From: Draconibacterium orientale
GTDB taxonomy: Bacteria; Bacteroidota; Bacteroidia; Bacteroidales; UBA1556
Reading direction: 5' to 3'
DNA length: 47,222 bases
Assembly (NCBI GenBank): GCA_022736595.1
Contig: DZDC01000001.1
Span: 10,318 to 57,539, forward strand
The translations under genes were made by a program, and so were the position numbers. Shown here piece after piece: positions 12,001-19,295 of the stretch. Position 1 is the stretch's first letter. Every line of letters begins with the position of its first letter. The notes under the pieces are model-generated. The model was not told where the DNA came from. It saw nothing but the letters and a program-made list of their open reading frames with translations, and did no database searches.

Positions 12001-13038
12001 TTTAGATTTATCTTTAAGAGCAATTCATCCAGCAGTGCATTTGAGGGTTGGGCTATTGATAATGTAGAAATGGTAGTTCCTGTTCTTCCTGACGATGTGG
12101 GTGTAACCGCCATTACAGTGCCTGGTACCGATGCTCAAATGGGCTCCGCAGCCACAGTAACCATTGACGTTACAAACTTTGGTTTGAATACGCAATATGC
12201 AATCCCCGTTCGTTACTCGGTCAATGGAGCTGCTCCAATTCAGGCTACTTTCAACATTGCCGGTGGTTTGGCTGGAAATGCAACTGCATCTTATACCTTC
12301 ACACCCACCTTTACAGTACCTACCTCTGGATTCAATCTGTGTGCCTACACTACTTTAATTAGTGATGTGGCAACCCAAAACGATACCACTTGCAAAGTCA
12401 TCGGTGTAACTCCTGGAGCCATCGATGCAGGTGTAGTTACTCTTTGGATAACTCCATCATGGCATGATACTACGAAGATAATACAGGATGATACAGTACA
12501 TATCCAGATTGTTAACTTTGGACTAAATACCTTAACTTCTATTCCAGTTAACTATAGGATTAATGGAAATGTTATCTCTAATGAAACATGGACAGGTAGT
12601 TTAGCTAAGGATGATACTGCAACCTATACCTTCGTGTTAACTCATCATTGCCCAATTGGAAACTATCTGATTGACGCAAGCACTTTGATTGTTGATGATG
12701 TAAATTCAGCCAATAACTTAAAGTATAGGACCTATATTGGTATACTTGATGAAGGCGGAATTGGTAATGGAGATGGACTTGTTTTCGCAGTGGATCAAAA
12801 TGAACCTAACCCTGCTAACGACTTCATCAATATTCGTTACTTCTTGCCATCCAACGGTGAGTTGAAGGTAGAAGTTCGTAATACCATCGGACAAATTGTA
12901 TTCAGTGAAACAAAAGACGATCGTCAAGGAACTAATGCCTTACGCATCAACGCTACCCATTTTACCAATGGGGTTTACTACTACACCTTCGAGTTTGATG
13001 GACAACGGATCACTCGCAAATTGGTTGTCAATAAATAG
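3016..13038 (+). CDS. Giant (~3,340 aa) T9SS-secreted multidomain surface protein or adhesin. Domain order: N-terminal jelly-roll, Ig-like, two [unknown domain + CARDB-like + parallel beta-helix + CARDB-like + Ig-like] supermodules, lamin-tail-like, GEVED-like, MAM/jelly-roll-like, CARDB-like repeats, T9SS CTD.
   Basis: It is a single 10 kb uninterrupted ORF. The ATG at 3016 gives a signal peptide (MRNLIFTFILVLFSLGVMSQ); the 23 upstream codons from 2947 do not look like a signal. There are nine CARDB-like segments of the pattern (V/I)xNxGxxxxxxxxVxYxxNG...NDT. Two beta-helix regions end in TTDIDGxxR...GA(D/H)E. It also has a GETEDYN motif and a C-terminal CTD (NEPNPANDFINIRYFL...NGVYYYTFEFDGQRITRKLVV). 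Confidence 0.9.
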   Translation: MRNLIFTFILVLFSLGVMSQSVVFQENFENLPLSMTSSTTGTSQAGIWVQNSRLATQGLKSDSARVTLGDTTYLTSNTFSTLGLYSVFLYFDQICKTQYYDGGVIEVSANNGATWTPLNGSQYMGAGQFGTIGNKFSGGSYIDWLLTNVNAIPTSTWWKSETFDLSLLIPNTATAKIRFKLFDGGMVLDGSGGAAGWFLDSIRVTASLSEMIKPAISLISPYPHDTVYGAGPFNLKAKITDASGIDTAIVHYLIQPGNITGTIGMNMTTTDTFAAVLPFPGFGRSVFYYINAIDGSIAANSDSTNNFWYYCKYSTGSSGTVGTGTSSVSYLYNTFWHDSRAQMLYTAAELSAAGLSGGSISKVGFNIETVGGQAMENFNIKMKNTSATSLTAFDNTNLSTVYSATYTVPGTGWQNINLTTPFVWDGVSNLIVEVCFDNTSYTSSTTVYATPITGMVWSQNADGAAGCQFSGGYAQSSRVNIKLEAVGVSGISNDIGVYTITSPTGGVIANQAFDVKVQMKNFGVDTINTATINWIFDGVAQTPYSFSGILLPGALSSEILLGSKTVSIGSHSFTAWTDNPDGNLDNNIANDTSSFDFYGCASTLSGAYTIGGTSPDYATFTAAALALNQCGISGPVTFNVAAGTYNEQILLNAISGCTSTNTITFKAANNDSTSVVLQKDATGNVDNYVVTLNGAQNIFFKNMTVKALDSTYSKVFVLKGNVANLGINNSIIEASIRSNANNDKSILVSSSNALGNTIVLTNNIFNKGSQAINLLGDSSTTGWNISNNKLINHYSAGINLANVTSPTVNGNTIEASHSNSASYNGIRLTNTYGSPSVQRNKIQTDSTQMAYGISFIDAVHDSLNPALIANNMIRLNTNSTTSTLSAGILGYQSVAFNVYHNTVLIVGNQTNSTAITLYDLPAMAGTSQKIKIVNNIFVNNAKGYIYYVTNVDTALWYDAHNILYNFNQSTVFSYLGAAINNYTSWITNSGTLNSDTIDPYFYSWTNLHIANNKVNGKGVALASVTTDIDGEARNATIPDPGADEFTPSPYDITTLNVVTPNSACGLSTTETVSIQIKNIGSAVINGGLTASYKVNGNTSVTEIVTNVMSPGDTVIFTFATKANFDVTSNGQDSTFNLKVWANLTGDNVYQNDSSFAEIVSGYIPALVTVQNDTISYGQNTVFTALGNNIYWWADDTTSVYLANSGSFTTPFLYDTTTYWVSDRAGTPNVQLTIGNGTSYNGSSSYPCAYSNYYWGNKEQYLILASELNALGMSAGSINSLALNVVALNLVPALDNYSIAIGQTNLTSLTSTFISTNLTTVFSPSSSYMPVAGWNTHSFSSPFIWDGISNIVVQTCSNNSSYVSNGNASVEYTVTTFPSVTHNHQDASGTCALTTGSVSSNRPNIKLVGTASGCFGDRSSVTAVVIGFPTLDAGLNTFVSPSPEIDETQLTSVKVILKNHGQNPLTSVKIPVIVDGVAIDTLFYTGSITYNNVDTVTLLANYNFTAGNHTLKAYTYYPNSMNDTIHSNDTISLSFVARMNGTYTISNTNASADFATFTDAVSTLNGVGIIGSVVFLVDSGSYTQQISISSIDGASATNTITFKSASGVRTDVVLQFASFGSSTNYVLKINGGDFITFQDMTLKALGANYGGVIEMAANSLNITFDNLIIESISSTSSYARGMYASAGPTHNLVIKNSLFSNCYYTIYVNGSSSNYNTGMVINNNIIENAGYYGGLYLTYAAGALITGNTITSMANFSGGYGLYLANCNAGTKVLGNKVHMNLSPTAYSGYGIYLYNITGTNTAKNIVANNFVTSLGGSTTNAYGIYSLSNTNTDIFYNSVNMKGLSVTSHALDVNSGAAPASVRLVNNVLYDSTGYAFYGSGVSGISTMNYNSYATDGSKFTYWNGNNADLEALKTASGKNANSVQFKPVFTSNTDLHLLSTQYTGYGTPLSSVTTDIDGTLRGINATTIGAHEVPQPVVDLGLVKILDLTSNEVEFDSIHMRLVIRNFGSDSIPSFSINYTLNGGAPVTDNFNYIFHSAEVDTLTLTAFVVPGGQNNICINSVTPSDANIYNNQLCKNFYGQPIKDAYVISMKSIEEYCGMTTDTVTITIVNIGFDTINGVGDPITTVSYQSNNFAVVTENLTAQILPNSTLVYNFVQQVYVGTNNLIDSTYNIKAWINLVNDNVAVNDSASTEVTSFHIPLVPVVVSPFNVVYGSPATLIATSVDTVLWYTGATAINYFHYGSSYTTGYNYNNDTLWLAALNGKADLKITEIVQFKTGTGYTNPYPAYMSTGDFDGFEISNLGSDVQMLGGWTVHVRGAQIIDYTFPSGTVLNAGEVLTCLYVSGATVGAAGNNLYYLATNSSISSSSLVGYILKDNIGNVIDAVATNNYTFASADGVTSADWSGTVSGLSGLAGAVRIISDNNTSSDWSATNVSSSSFGASNSQLGSSMNGCVSAKVPLIINVTGQLASDVGTVALLEPISMLNLSNSETVKIRVRNFGTAACDTIPVGYKINNGNVIWDTIYNAISAGDSIEFTFSQHANLGIQGNTYNFKAFTSLSSDLNQLNDTIIKSVVNMIPNYCPSYATSTVDDDIVNVTFAGMNNTSPTPYTAVYTDYSTSVAPVFVNPGMAFPISIEIGFSSSSTYSGYCEVYIDYNRDGTFTEPNEVAFGDAYSGAQTISGIVTIPFNAITGLTKMRIVARESANAGSVMPCGTYTWGETEDYNVIIAPSIPMDAGVERIVSPGALSSATAASFKVQVRNYGTDTINSVDVKYSVNNGSVNSYTYNITPIYPLDSAIVDLGNLSMQMGANVIKVYTQLLGDTNNLNDTLVKSLYREAVMMLPYTDNFEGANYWIPDTITNIWELGTPSTTYINGAYSPVNAWVTNLDGNYSDGLNDNLYSPVFNIPTYADSAYLKFWHKYQTQSAQDGGTIQVKIDNGAWINLGLQSDPDAINWYTDNVGGTHMWTGSHAWHKSTYRFDLSTPTSQFYNSSTIQFRFIFKSNSSSSAFEGWAIDNVEMVVPVLPDDVGVTAITVPGTDAQMGSAATVTIDVTNFGLNTQYAIPVRYSVNGAAPIQATFNIAGGLAGNATASYTFTPTFTVPTSGFNLCAYTTLISDVATQNDTTCKVIGVTPGAIDAGVVTLWITPSWHDTTKIIQDDTVHIQIVNFGLNTLTSIPVNYRINGNVISNETWTGSLAKDDTATYTFVLTHHCPIGNYLIDASTLIVDDVNSANNLKYRTYIGILDEGGIGNGDGLVFAVDQNEPNPANDFINIRYFLPSNGELKVEVRNTIGQIVFSETKDDRQGTNALRINATHFTNGVYYYTFEFDGQRITRKLVVNK
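3970..6690 (+). repeat. Supermodule copy 1 inside the giant gene (protein-level diverged duplication)
   Basis: It aligns by eye with copy 2. Examples: YTIGGTSPDYATFTAAALALNQCGISGPVTFNVAAGTYNEQI...TNTITFKAANN...VVLQ against YTISNTNASADFATFTDAVSTLNGVGIIGSVVFLVDSGSYTQQI...TNTITFKSASG...VVLQ, and TTDIDGEARN..GADEF against TTDIDGTLRG..GAHEV. Confidence 0.75.
6691..9810 (+). repeat. Supermodule copy 2 inside the giant gene, with one extra CARDB-like unit
   Basis: The domain order is the same as copy 1: unknown domain (PFIWDGISNIVVQTC), CARDB-like, beta-helix, CARDB-like x2, then an Ig-like segment (VLWYTGATA... compared with NIYWWADDTT...). Confidence 0.75.
9811..10350 (+). other. Lamin-tail-domain (LTD)-like segment of the giant protein
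   Basis: The segment runs ADLKITEIVQFKTG...FDGFEISNLGSDVQMLGGWTV...LNAGEVL...GYILKDNIGNVIDAV. The pattern 'L-I-(T/S)E-(I/V)...EI-N-g...-l-GW-l' is characteristic of bacterial LTDs. The assignment is by eye only. Confidence 0.5.
10741..11200 (+). other. GEVED-like domain of the giant protein
   Basis: The segment has YCPSYATSTVDDDIVNVTFAG...YIDYNRDGTF...MRIV...WGETEDYNVII. The terminal G-E-(V/T)-E-D-Y motif and the preceding DxNxDGxF are the hallmarks of this family. Confidence 0.6.
11538..12080 (+). other. MAM/concanavalin-like jelly-roll domain of the giant protein, resembling the N-terminal domain at ~3076-3640
   Basis: The segment has LPYTDNFEG...W...LKFWHKYQTQSAQDGGTIQVKIDNGAW...IQFRFIFKSN...GWAIDNVEM. 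The N-terminal copy reads FQENFEN...YFDQICKTQYYDGGVIEVSANNGATW...IRFKLF...GWFLDSIRV. Confidence 0.55.
12781..13035 (+). other. T9SS type-A C-terminal sorting domain of the giant protein
   Basis: The segment reads VFAVDQNEPNPANDFINIRYFLPSNGELKVEVRNTIGQIVFSE...LRINATHFTNGVYYYTFEFDGQRITRKLVVNK. Confidence 0.8.
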
Positions 13039-13063
13039 GGATTAATATAATCTTTTAAATTTT

Positions 13064-13098
13064 GTGCGGACGCTCCAAAGGCGTCCGCACTTTTTTTT
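13064..13098 (+). terminator. Rho-independent terminator of the giant gene
   Basis: A perfect 10-bp GC-rich stem pairs GTGCGGACGC (13064-13073) with GCGTCCGCAC (13081-13090). The loop is 7 nt (TCCAAAG) and is followed by T8 (13091-13098). It lies 26 nt after the stop codon. Confidence 0.9.
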
Positions 13099-13414
13099 AT
13101 CAAAAAAATGACTTAGGTCAATTCTTATTATGCACTTCATAAAGTTTCTCAATTATTCGACAGTTTTGCTTGTTTAAGCCAAAAAAGAGCAGGAAAAATC
13201 TTTATATTTGGCGTCGGTTTTTAACTCTTTTCCTACACCATAGTTCGATTTAGGTTTTTCTGGCGAGCTATTACGGAAAGCCCAACCATAACAGCAACAG
13301 TATTCAAATCTAACCTGCTTTGGTGGGTAAAAGGACTTTCTTTTAAAATGGGTTGAAATTGAAATTAAACTGCAGGTGATTTTTTTATTGCTATTAATTT
13401 ACTAAAATGTGATT

Positions 13415-14194
13415 ATGACTTATCAAATTCTTAAAACTCAAATATCTGAAGAAGGTATTGCATGGTTAACTATAAATCGTCCACAAGCCTTAAATGCTCT
13501 TAATACCGCTTTCTTTGATGAAATGAACGCCGTCTTGGACGAGTTGTACCCGAACCCTAGCATCAAAGTGTTGGTGATTACTGGCGAAGGTAAAGCCTTT
13601 GTGGCTGGTGCCGATATTGCAGAAATGGTAAATAAAGACCAATCCGAAGGCCAGGCTTTTTCAGAATATGGCCAACAAACCTTTGATCGCATTGAAAGAG
13701 CTCCATTCCCTGTTATTGCTGCTATCAATGGCTTTGCTTTAGGAGGCGGTTGCGAATTGGCCATGAGCTGCGATTTTAGAATTGCAAGTAGCAAAGCTAA
13801 ATTTGGTCAACCTGAAGTAAATCTTGGACTTATCCCTGGCTATGCCGGAACCCAACGACTTAGCAGGCTTATTGGAATGGCCGATGCCCTTTACCTACTC
13901 ACTACCGCCGAAATTATCGATGCTCAAGAAGCATTACGTCTTAAATTGGTTCAAAAAGTGGTAGAACCCGAAAATCTTGAATCTGAAGTTCGAAAAATAG
14001 CGCTCTCCATTGCATCCAAAGGCCCCAACGCCGTTCGTAAAGTGAAGTCGGTAACTCGCAAAGGTTTTCAGATTAGCTTTGCCCAAGGATCCTTACTCGA
14101 AGCCGAACAATTTGGAACCCTCTTTGGACCTGGTAGCGAAGGCGAAGAAGGGATGAAAGCATTCTTAGAAAAACGAACCCCCAATTGGAAATAA
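13415..14194 (+). CDS. Short-chain enoyl-CoA hydratase (crotonase, Crt-like)
   Basis: Crotonase-fold motifs are present: ITGEGKAFVAGADIAEM, INGFALGGGCELAMSCDFRIAS and FGQPEVNLGLIPGYAGTQRLSRL. The ~260-aa length matches clostridial Crt. A GTG at 13409 is an alternative start. Confidence 0.9.
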   Translation: MTYQILKTQISEEGIAWLTINRPQALNALNTAFFDEMNAVLDELYPNPSIKVLVITGEGKAFVAGADIAEMVNKDQSEGQAFSEYGQQTFDRIERAPFPVIAAINGFALGGGCELAMSCDFRIASSKAKFGQPEVNLGLIPGYAGTQRLSRLIGMADALYLLTTAEIIDAQEALRLKLVQKVVEPENLESEVRKIALSIASKGPNAVRKVKSVTRKGFQISFAQGSLLEAEQFGTLFGPGSEGEEGMKAFLEKRTPNWK

Positions 14195-14212
14195 ACACTT
14201 AACACAAATACA

Positions 14213-15547
14213 ATGAAATACGAAGAAAGACTGCAAAATGTAACCGTTCTCGGTGCGGCAGGTAAAATGGGAAGTGGAATCCTGCTCCTCACTGCAATTG
14301 AGATGGCTGACTTAAGTTTAAGACCTGAAAATAAAGGGAAAACATTTGTCCTTAATGCTGTGGATGTTAGCGATGAAGCCCTCCACGGTTTAATGGGTTA
14401 TCTAAGAACCCAAGTTCAGAAAATTGCTGAAAAAAAGGCCGTTCAGTTACGTGCCTTCTATGCCGATAGAGCCGATTTAATCGAAAACTTCGACATTATT
14501 GATGAGTATATTTTTGATGTTCTCAATATTGTTCGCCCTGTGAATGCCCTTGAAGTGGCTTATAACAGTCATTTGATTTTTGAAGCAATTAAAGAAGACC
14601 CTGCTTTGAAAGTTAAGATATTTAGCCAAATCAAAAATAACTCTAAAACTGAACCTTGGTTCTTTACCAATACTTCTTCTATTCCAATTACCGAATTGGA
14701 CGAAAAAGCACAACTTGATGGCAAAGTAATTGGATTCCATTTTTACAACCCTCCCGCAGTTCAAAAGTTGGTGGAAGTCATCCGAAGCAAGCATACCACC
14801 AATGAAGTGTATGAATTTGCTCTGCAATATGCCAAAAACCTTCGTAAAGTGGTGGTGCCAAGTCACGATTTTGCTGGCTTTATTGGAAACGGACATTTTA
14901 TGCGCGATGCTCTTTATGGAATTAAAGAGGCTCAGCGCCTCGAGCCTCAAATGGGATATGTAAAAGCCATTTATGCCATCAATAAACTGACTCAAGATTT
15001 CTTGATTCGTCCCATGGGTATTTTCCAACTTGTGGATTATGTCGGCGTTGAGGTGTGCTCTTATATCATGAGTGTGATGAATCCTTACCTTAAAAATGAA
15101 GACCTCCACGCTGATTTACTCGATACCATGATTGATCAAAAGATTCTTGGTGGACAATTTTCGAGTGGAGCACAAAAGGATGGTTTTTTGAAATATGAAA
15201 AAGGTCGACCCGTTGCCATTTGGGATATTTATTCCAAAACCTATGTGAACATTGATAGTTTCAGCGCTGAGGTGGATACTTTACTCGGAGCAATGCCATC
15301 AAAAATGCAAGCATGGAAATCAATTAATTTTAGCAAATCTAAAGACGCACAGCTTGCCGAAATTTTTGCCGAACTCTTAACCATGAATACCCTGGGCGCT
15401 GAATTGGCTAAAAAGTATAATCAACGTTCCAATGAAATTGGAAAAGCCTTGGTTAATGACGGTGTGGCTGCCAGCGATCAAGATGTGAACACGGTAATGC
15501 TTACCGGATTCTATCACGCTTATGGCCCAATCAATAACTATCTTTAA
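14213..15547 (+). CDS. 3-hydroxyacyl-CoA dehydrogenase family protein (long, 444-aa form)
   Basis: It has an N-terminal Rossmann motif (VTVLGAAGKMGSGI) and the central motif NTSSIPITEL...GFHFYNPPAVQKLVEVI, typical of HADH/Hbd enzymes. It also has an extended C-terminal region. Confidence 0.8.
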   Translation: MKYEERLQNVTVLGAAGKMGSGILLLTAIEMADLSLRPENKGKTFVLNAVDVSDEALHGLMGYLRTQVQKIAEKKAVQLRAFYADRADLIENFDIIDEYIFDVLNIVRPVNALEVAYNSHLIFEAIKEDPALKVKIFSQIKNNSKTEPWFFTNTSSIPITELDEKAQLDGKVIGFHFYNPPAVQKLVEVIRSKHTTNEVYEFALQYAKNLRKVVVPSHDFAGFIGNGHFMRDALYGIKEAQRLEPQMGYVKAIYAINKLTQDFLIRPMGIFQLVDYVGVEVCSYIMSVMNPYLKNEDLHADLLDTMIDQKILGGQFSSGAQKDGFLKYEKGRPVAIWDIYSKTYVNIDSFSAEVDTLLGAMPSKMQAWKSINFSKSKDAQLAEIFAELLTMNTLGAELAKKYNQRSNEIGKALVNDGVAASDQDVNTVMLTGFYHAYGPINNYL

Positions 15548-15687
15548 TAGCATAAATTTAACTTTACCTATTATTTATCAATAAGTATCATAAATAAATT
15601 CTCCTAAGGAGTAAGTCTTAACAGAGATAATTGAACGTACAAGTGAATGATGGCTTTACCTTAATGTAAAAATTAAAATTAGAACAA

Positions 15688-16926
15688 ATGAAACCACACA
15701 AAAAAGTATATATGTACGGTGGATACAACACCGTTTCCATGGGCACTGGCCGCAAAGAATTTAACCCCAAAAAGGAACGTCCTGGACTTGAGCATTACAT
15801 TCAAGAAGCTGGACAAGGAGTTCTGAAACAAATTGGAGGAGCTCAGAATGTTGACGATGGCGTTATCGGCAACTTCATGGCGGCTCGATTCAACAATCAA
15901 GCTAACTTACCAGGTTTTTTACCCTACATCGATAAAGGTTTGAGCATGAAATATGGTACCAGTGTCGAAGGTGCTTGTGGTAGCGGTGGGTTGGCCCTAC
16001 AAGCAGCCATTCGTAATGTATTGAGTGGTTCTGAAGTTTCACTGGCTCTGGGAGTTGAAGTGCAAAATACCATGAAGGCTATCTATGGTGCAGATGTTTT
16101 GGCTGGTGCAGGTTGGTTTAAAAAACGTAAAGCAGGTCATGCCTATTTCTTCCCAGGGCAATTTAGCGAAAGAGCTGGAGCATATTTCCAAAAATATGGT
16201 AAAGAACGTGCTCGCAAAGGCATGTCGAGATGGTATGCCAACGCCATTGAAAATGCCCGTTTGGACGAAACTGCACAAGAATTTCACAATACCAATGCGG
16301 ATCCTTTTGCAACTTGTCTATCCATGGAACCTAACGGTAAAGCTTTTGTTGACAATTTGAATGTGTTGGATTGTAGCAAAGTTAGCGATGGAGCAAGTGC
16401 CATTGTGGTGTGCTCCGAAGAGGGTTTAAAACGCATTGGAGTGGATAAGTCTGAGGCTGTAGAAGTGATCAGCTTCGTTCAATCGGTACGAAATATTACC
16501 GAAGATCCTACAGATCTTACTGAATTAGAAGCTATTAAATATGCTGCCAATAAAGCCATTGCTGAAGCTGGAATTAGCGTTCATCAAATTGGAACGGCAG
16601 AGGTGCACGATTGTTTTTCAATTGCCGGTATTCTTACCGTTGAAGCATTGGGATTGGCCAAACCCGGTGAAGGTTGCGATTACGTTGCTGCTGGTAAAAC
16701 CGCGCGTAATGGCGAGTTCCCCATCAATACTTCGGGTGGTTTAATAGGATGGGGGCACCCAACAGGTGCCACCGGAGTTCATCAAGCAGTGACCATTTGG
16801 CAACAACTTACCGGTAGAGCTGGTAACTATCAAGTGAATATTGATGCAAGCCGCCCTTACGGTATCACCATCAATATGGGTGGCGACGATGTTACCATTT
16901 CTGCTATTGTTTACAAACGAGGATAA
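15688..16926 (+). CDS. Thiolase-like protein (SCP2/'thiolase domain' type acetyl-CoA acyltransferase)
   Basis: It has an active-site Cys context (VEGACGSGGLA), then EVHDCFSIAG and GGLIGWGHPTGATGV. It lacks the classical C-terminal CxG of FadA-type thiolases. Confidence 0.7.
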   Translation: MKPHKKVYMYGGYNTVSMGTGRKEFNPKKERPGLEHYIQEAGQGVLKQIGGAQNVDDGVIGNFMAARFNNQANLPGFLPYIDKGLSMKYGTSVEGACGSGGLALQAAIRNVLSGSEVSLALGVEVQNTMKAIYGADVLAGAGWFKKRKAGHAYFFPGQFSERAGAYFQKYGKERARKGMSRWYANAIENARLDETAQEFHNTNADPFATCLSMEPNGKAFVDNLNVLDCSKVSDGASAIVVCSEEGLKRIGVDKSEAVEVISFVQSVRNITEDPTDLTELEAIKYAANKAIAEAGISVHQIGTAEVHDCFSIAGILTVEALGLAKPGEGCDYVAAGKTARNGEFPINTSGGLIGWGHPTGATGVHQAVTIWQQLTGRAGNYQVNIDASRPYGITINMGGDDVTISAIVYKRG

Positions 16927-16941
16927 TCAACTGATAGATTG

Positions 16942-16967
16942 CCTTTGACTTTAAACCTTTGACTTTT
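16942..16967 (+). promoter_or_regulatory. Tandem direct repeat CCTTTGACTTT(A/T)AA x2 with a 14-bp period, upstream of acnA. It is a candidate regulator-binding site.
   Basis: CCTTTGACTTT occurs at 16942-16952 and again at 16956-16966, in the 93-bp spacer between the thiolase-like gene and acnA. Confidence 0.25.
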
Positions 16968-17019
16968 AACAAAACCTACAGCCAAAATAATTGACAAACA
17001 ACTAAAAACAAATATAGAA

Positions 17020-19284
17020 ATGATGTTAGTAGATATGAATCTCGTACGGTCAGTTTATAAGAAAATTGACGAAAATGTGGACAAAACTCGAGCTCGGGTT
17101 GGACATCCACTCACCTTAGCAGAAAAAATACTGTATTCGCATTTGTATGAATCCGAAGAAACCATCTTTGAGCGAGGAAAAAGTTATGTGAATTTTCAGG
17201 TTGACCGTGTAGCAATGCAAGATGCAACTGCCCAAATGGCCCTTTTACAGTTTGTAAATGCTGGAAAGCCTAAAGTAGCTGTTCCCAGCTCGGTCCATTG
17301 CGACCATTTAATTGAAGCTTTCAAAGGGGCTAAAAGCGATCTTTCGGATGCTATCATTACCAATAAGGAAGTTTATGATTTCCTAGAGTCTGTTTCCAAT
17401 AAATATGGAATAGGATTTTGGAAACCAGGCGCAGGTATTATTCATCAAGTAGTGCTCGAAAATTATGCTTTCCCTGGCGGATTGATGATAGGAACCGATT
17501 CGCATACCGTGAATGCAGGTGGATTAGGAATGGTGGCTATCGGAGTTGGGGGTGCTGATGCAGTGGATGTTATGGCTGGAATGGCTTGGGAACTTAAGTT
17601 TCCAAAACTTATTGGTATCAAACTTACGGGTAAACTGAATGGCTGGACTGCTGCCAAGGATATCATTCTTAAAGTAGCTGGTATTCTAACCGTTAAAGGG
17701 GGTACTGGTGCCATTGTTGAGTATTTTGGCGAAGGTGCCGATTCGCTTTCTGCCACCGGTAAAGCTACCATTTGCAATATGGGAGCTGAAATAGGAGCTA
17801 CAAACTCTATTTTTGCCTACGACCATCACATGGCTGATTATTTAAATTCGACCCATCGCGCCGAAGTGGTGGAGGAAGCCAATAAAATTAAGCATCACCT
17901 TCGTGCTGATGAAGAAGTGTATGCTAATCCTGAAAAATATTACGATCAAGTAATTGAAATCAATCTTGATGAATTGAAACCTCATCTCAATGGACCTTTT
18001 ACTCCCGATCGCGACAATCCAGTGGCTCAAATGGCCGAGCTAGCCAAAACCAACGAATGGCCTCTAAAAGTAGAATGGGGTCTGATAGGTTCTTGTACCA
18101 ATAGTTCGTACGAAGATCTTAGCCGCGCAGCCAGTGTTGCTCGTCAAGCTAAGGAAAAAGGGCTGACTCTAAAAGCTGAACTTGGTATTAACCCTGGTAG
18201 CGAGCAAGTGCGTTATACTGCTGAAAGAGATGGTATTATCGACGTGTTTACCCAAATGGGGGCTACTATTTTTACCAATGCCTGCGGACCTTGCATCGGA
18301 CAGTGGAAACGTACCGATATCGATGGAAATCCTAAAAATACCATCGTTCACAGTTTCAATCGCAACTTTACCAAACGTGCCGATGGAAACCCCAATACTT
18401 ATGCATTCGTAGCCTCACCTGAAATGGTAACCGCTTTAGCCATTGCAGGTCGCCTCGACTTTAATCCTCAAACCGATTACCTTATCAATGATAAAGGTGA
18501 AAAGGTTTATCTTGAAAATCCAAATGGATGGGAATTGCCTGCTCGCGGCTTTGATGTTAAAGATTCTGGCTATCAAGCTCCTGCTGAAGACGGAAGTAAA
18601 ATTCAAATTTCGGTTGATCCTAAATCAGATCGTTTGCAATTGCTTGCTCCATTTTCTAACTGGGATGGAAAAGACTTTTTAGATCTCAATCTTTTGTTGA
18701 AAGCTAAAGGAAAGTGTACCACAGACCACATTTCCATGGCAGGACCTTGGTTGAAATACCGCGGTCACCTCGATAATATTTCAAACAATATGTTGATTGG
18801 TGCTGTAAATTATTTTGGTGAAACCGTTAATAGCGTTAAGAATCAAATGACTGGCGAAATGATGTCGGTGCCTGATGCTGCTCGCTACTATAAAGCTCAC
18901 GGAAATGGTTCTATAGTTATCGGTGACGAAAATTACGGCGAAGGATCTTCTCGTGAACATGCTGCCATGGAACCCCGAAATCTTGGAGTTAAAGTAGTAT
19001 TGGTGCGTAGTTTTGCTCGCATTCACGAAACTAACCTTAAGAAACAAGGCGTCTTAGGTTTGACCTTTGCCAACCCTTCAGATTATGATAAGGTACAAGA
19101 ATCTGATAAGATCAGTATCCTTGGTTTAACCCATTTTACTCCCGGCAAGCCACTTACTTTACACTTAACTCATAAGGATGGAAGCCAGGAAGAATTTGCT
19201 GTGAATCACACCTTTAACCAAAACCAAATCGAATGGTTCAGAGCGGGTTCTGCCCTTAATTTAATTTGTTTAAACAATAAATAA
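17020..19284 (+). CDS. acnA: Aconitate hydratase, mitochondrial-type (~750 aa)
   Basis: Aconitase motifs are present: [26 protein letters not shown] and [12 protein letters not shown]. The 754-aa length matches the mitochondrial-like aconitase known from Bacteroides. Alternative ATGs lie at 17023 and 17035. Confidence 0.92.
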   Translation: MMLVDMNLVRSVYKKIDENVDKTRARVGHPLTLAEKILYSHLYESEETIFERGKSYVNFQVDRVAMQDATAQMALLQFVNAGKPKVAVPSSVHCDHLIEAFKGAKSDLSDAIITNKEVYDFLESVSNKYGIGFWKPGAGIIHQVVLENYAFPGGLMIGTDSHTVNAGGLGMVAIGVGGADAVDVMAGMAWELKFPKLIGIKLTGKLNGWTAAKDIILKVAGILTVKGGTGAIVEYFGEGADSLSATGKATICNMGAEIGATNSIFAYDHHMADYLNSTHRAEVVEEANKIKHHLRADEEVYANPEKYYDQVIEINLDELKPHLNGPFTPDRDNPVAQMAELAKTNEWPLKVEWGLIGSCTNSSYEDLSRAASVARQAKEKGLTLKAELGINPGSEQVRYTAERDGIIDVFTQMGATIFTNACGPCIGQWKRTDIDGNPKNTIVHSFNRNFTKRADGNPNTYAFVASPEMVTALAIAGRLDFNPQTDYLINDKGEKVYLENPNGWELPARGFDVKDSGYQAPAEDGSKIQISVDPKSDRLQLLAPFSNWDGKDFLDLNLLLKAKGKCTTDHISMAGPWLKYRGHLDNISNNMLIGAVNYFGETVNSVKNQMTGEMMSVPDAARYYKAHGNGSIVIGDENYGEGSSREHAAMEPRNLGVKVVLVRSFARIHETNLKKQGVLGLTFANPSDYDKVQESDKISILGLTHFTPGKPLTLHLTHKDGSQEEFAVNHTFNQNQIEWFRAGSALNLICLNNK

Positions 19285-19295
19285 GCCCAAAAACA

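Noticed and set aside
4480-12720. The possibility that the repeated CARDB-like units form a nucleotide-level tandem repeat, CRISPR-like array or phase-variable cassette system
   Set aside because: The repeats are only detectable at protein-motif level. Their nucleotide sequences, lengths and spacings differ, there are no conserved direct repeats or spacer structure, and no nearby recombinase is present.
13177-13398. A resemblance of VRFEYCCCYGWAFR in the start-less frame to the Rdx/SelW-type motif (V.I.YC..C.W / YCGAUGY)
   Set aside because: The Cys spacing does not match CxxC/CxxU. There is no in-frame TGA. The downstream sequence lacks the rest of the Rdx fold pattern, and there is no start codon. 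I treat it as coincidence unless homology searches say otherwise.
14477-15109. A 210-aa minus-strand ORF, long for an AT-rich genome
   Set aside because: It lies entirely antisense to the well-supported 3-hydroxyacyl-CoA dehydrogenase gene. Its translation is low-complexity and His/Phe/Ile/Asn-rich with no motif. It is most likely a shadow ORF created by the codon bias of the sense gene.
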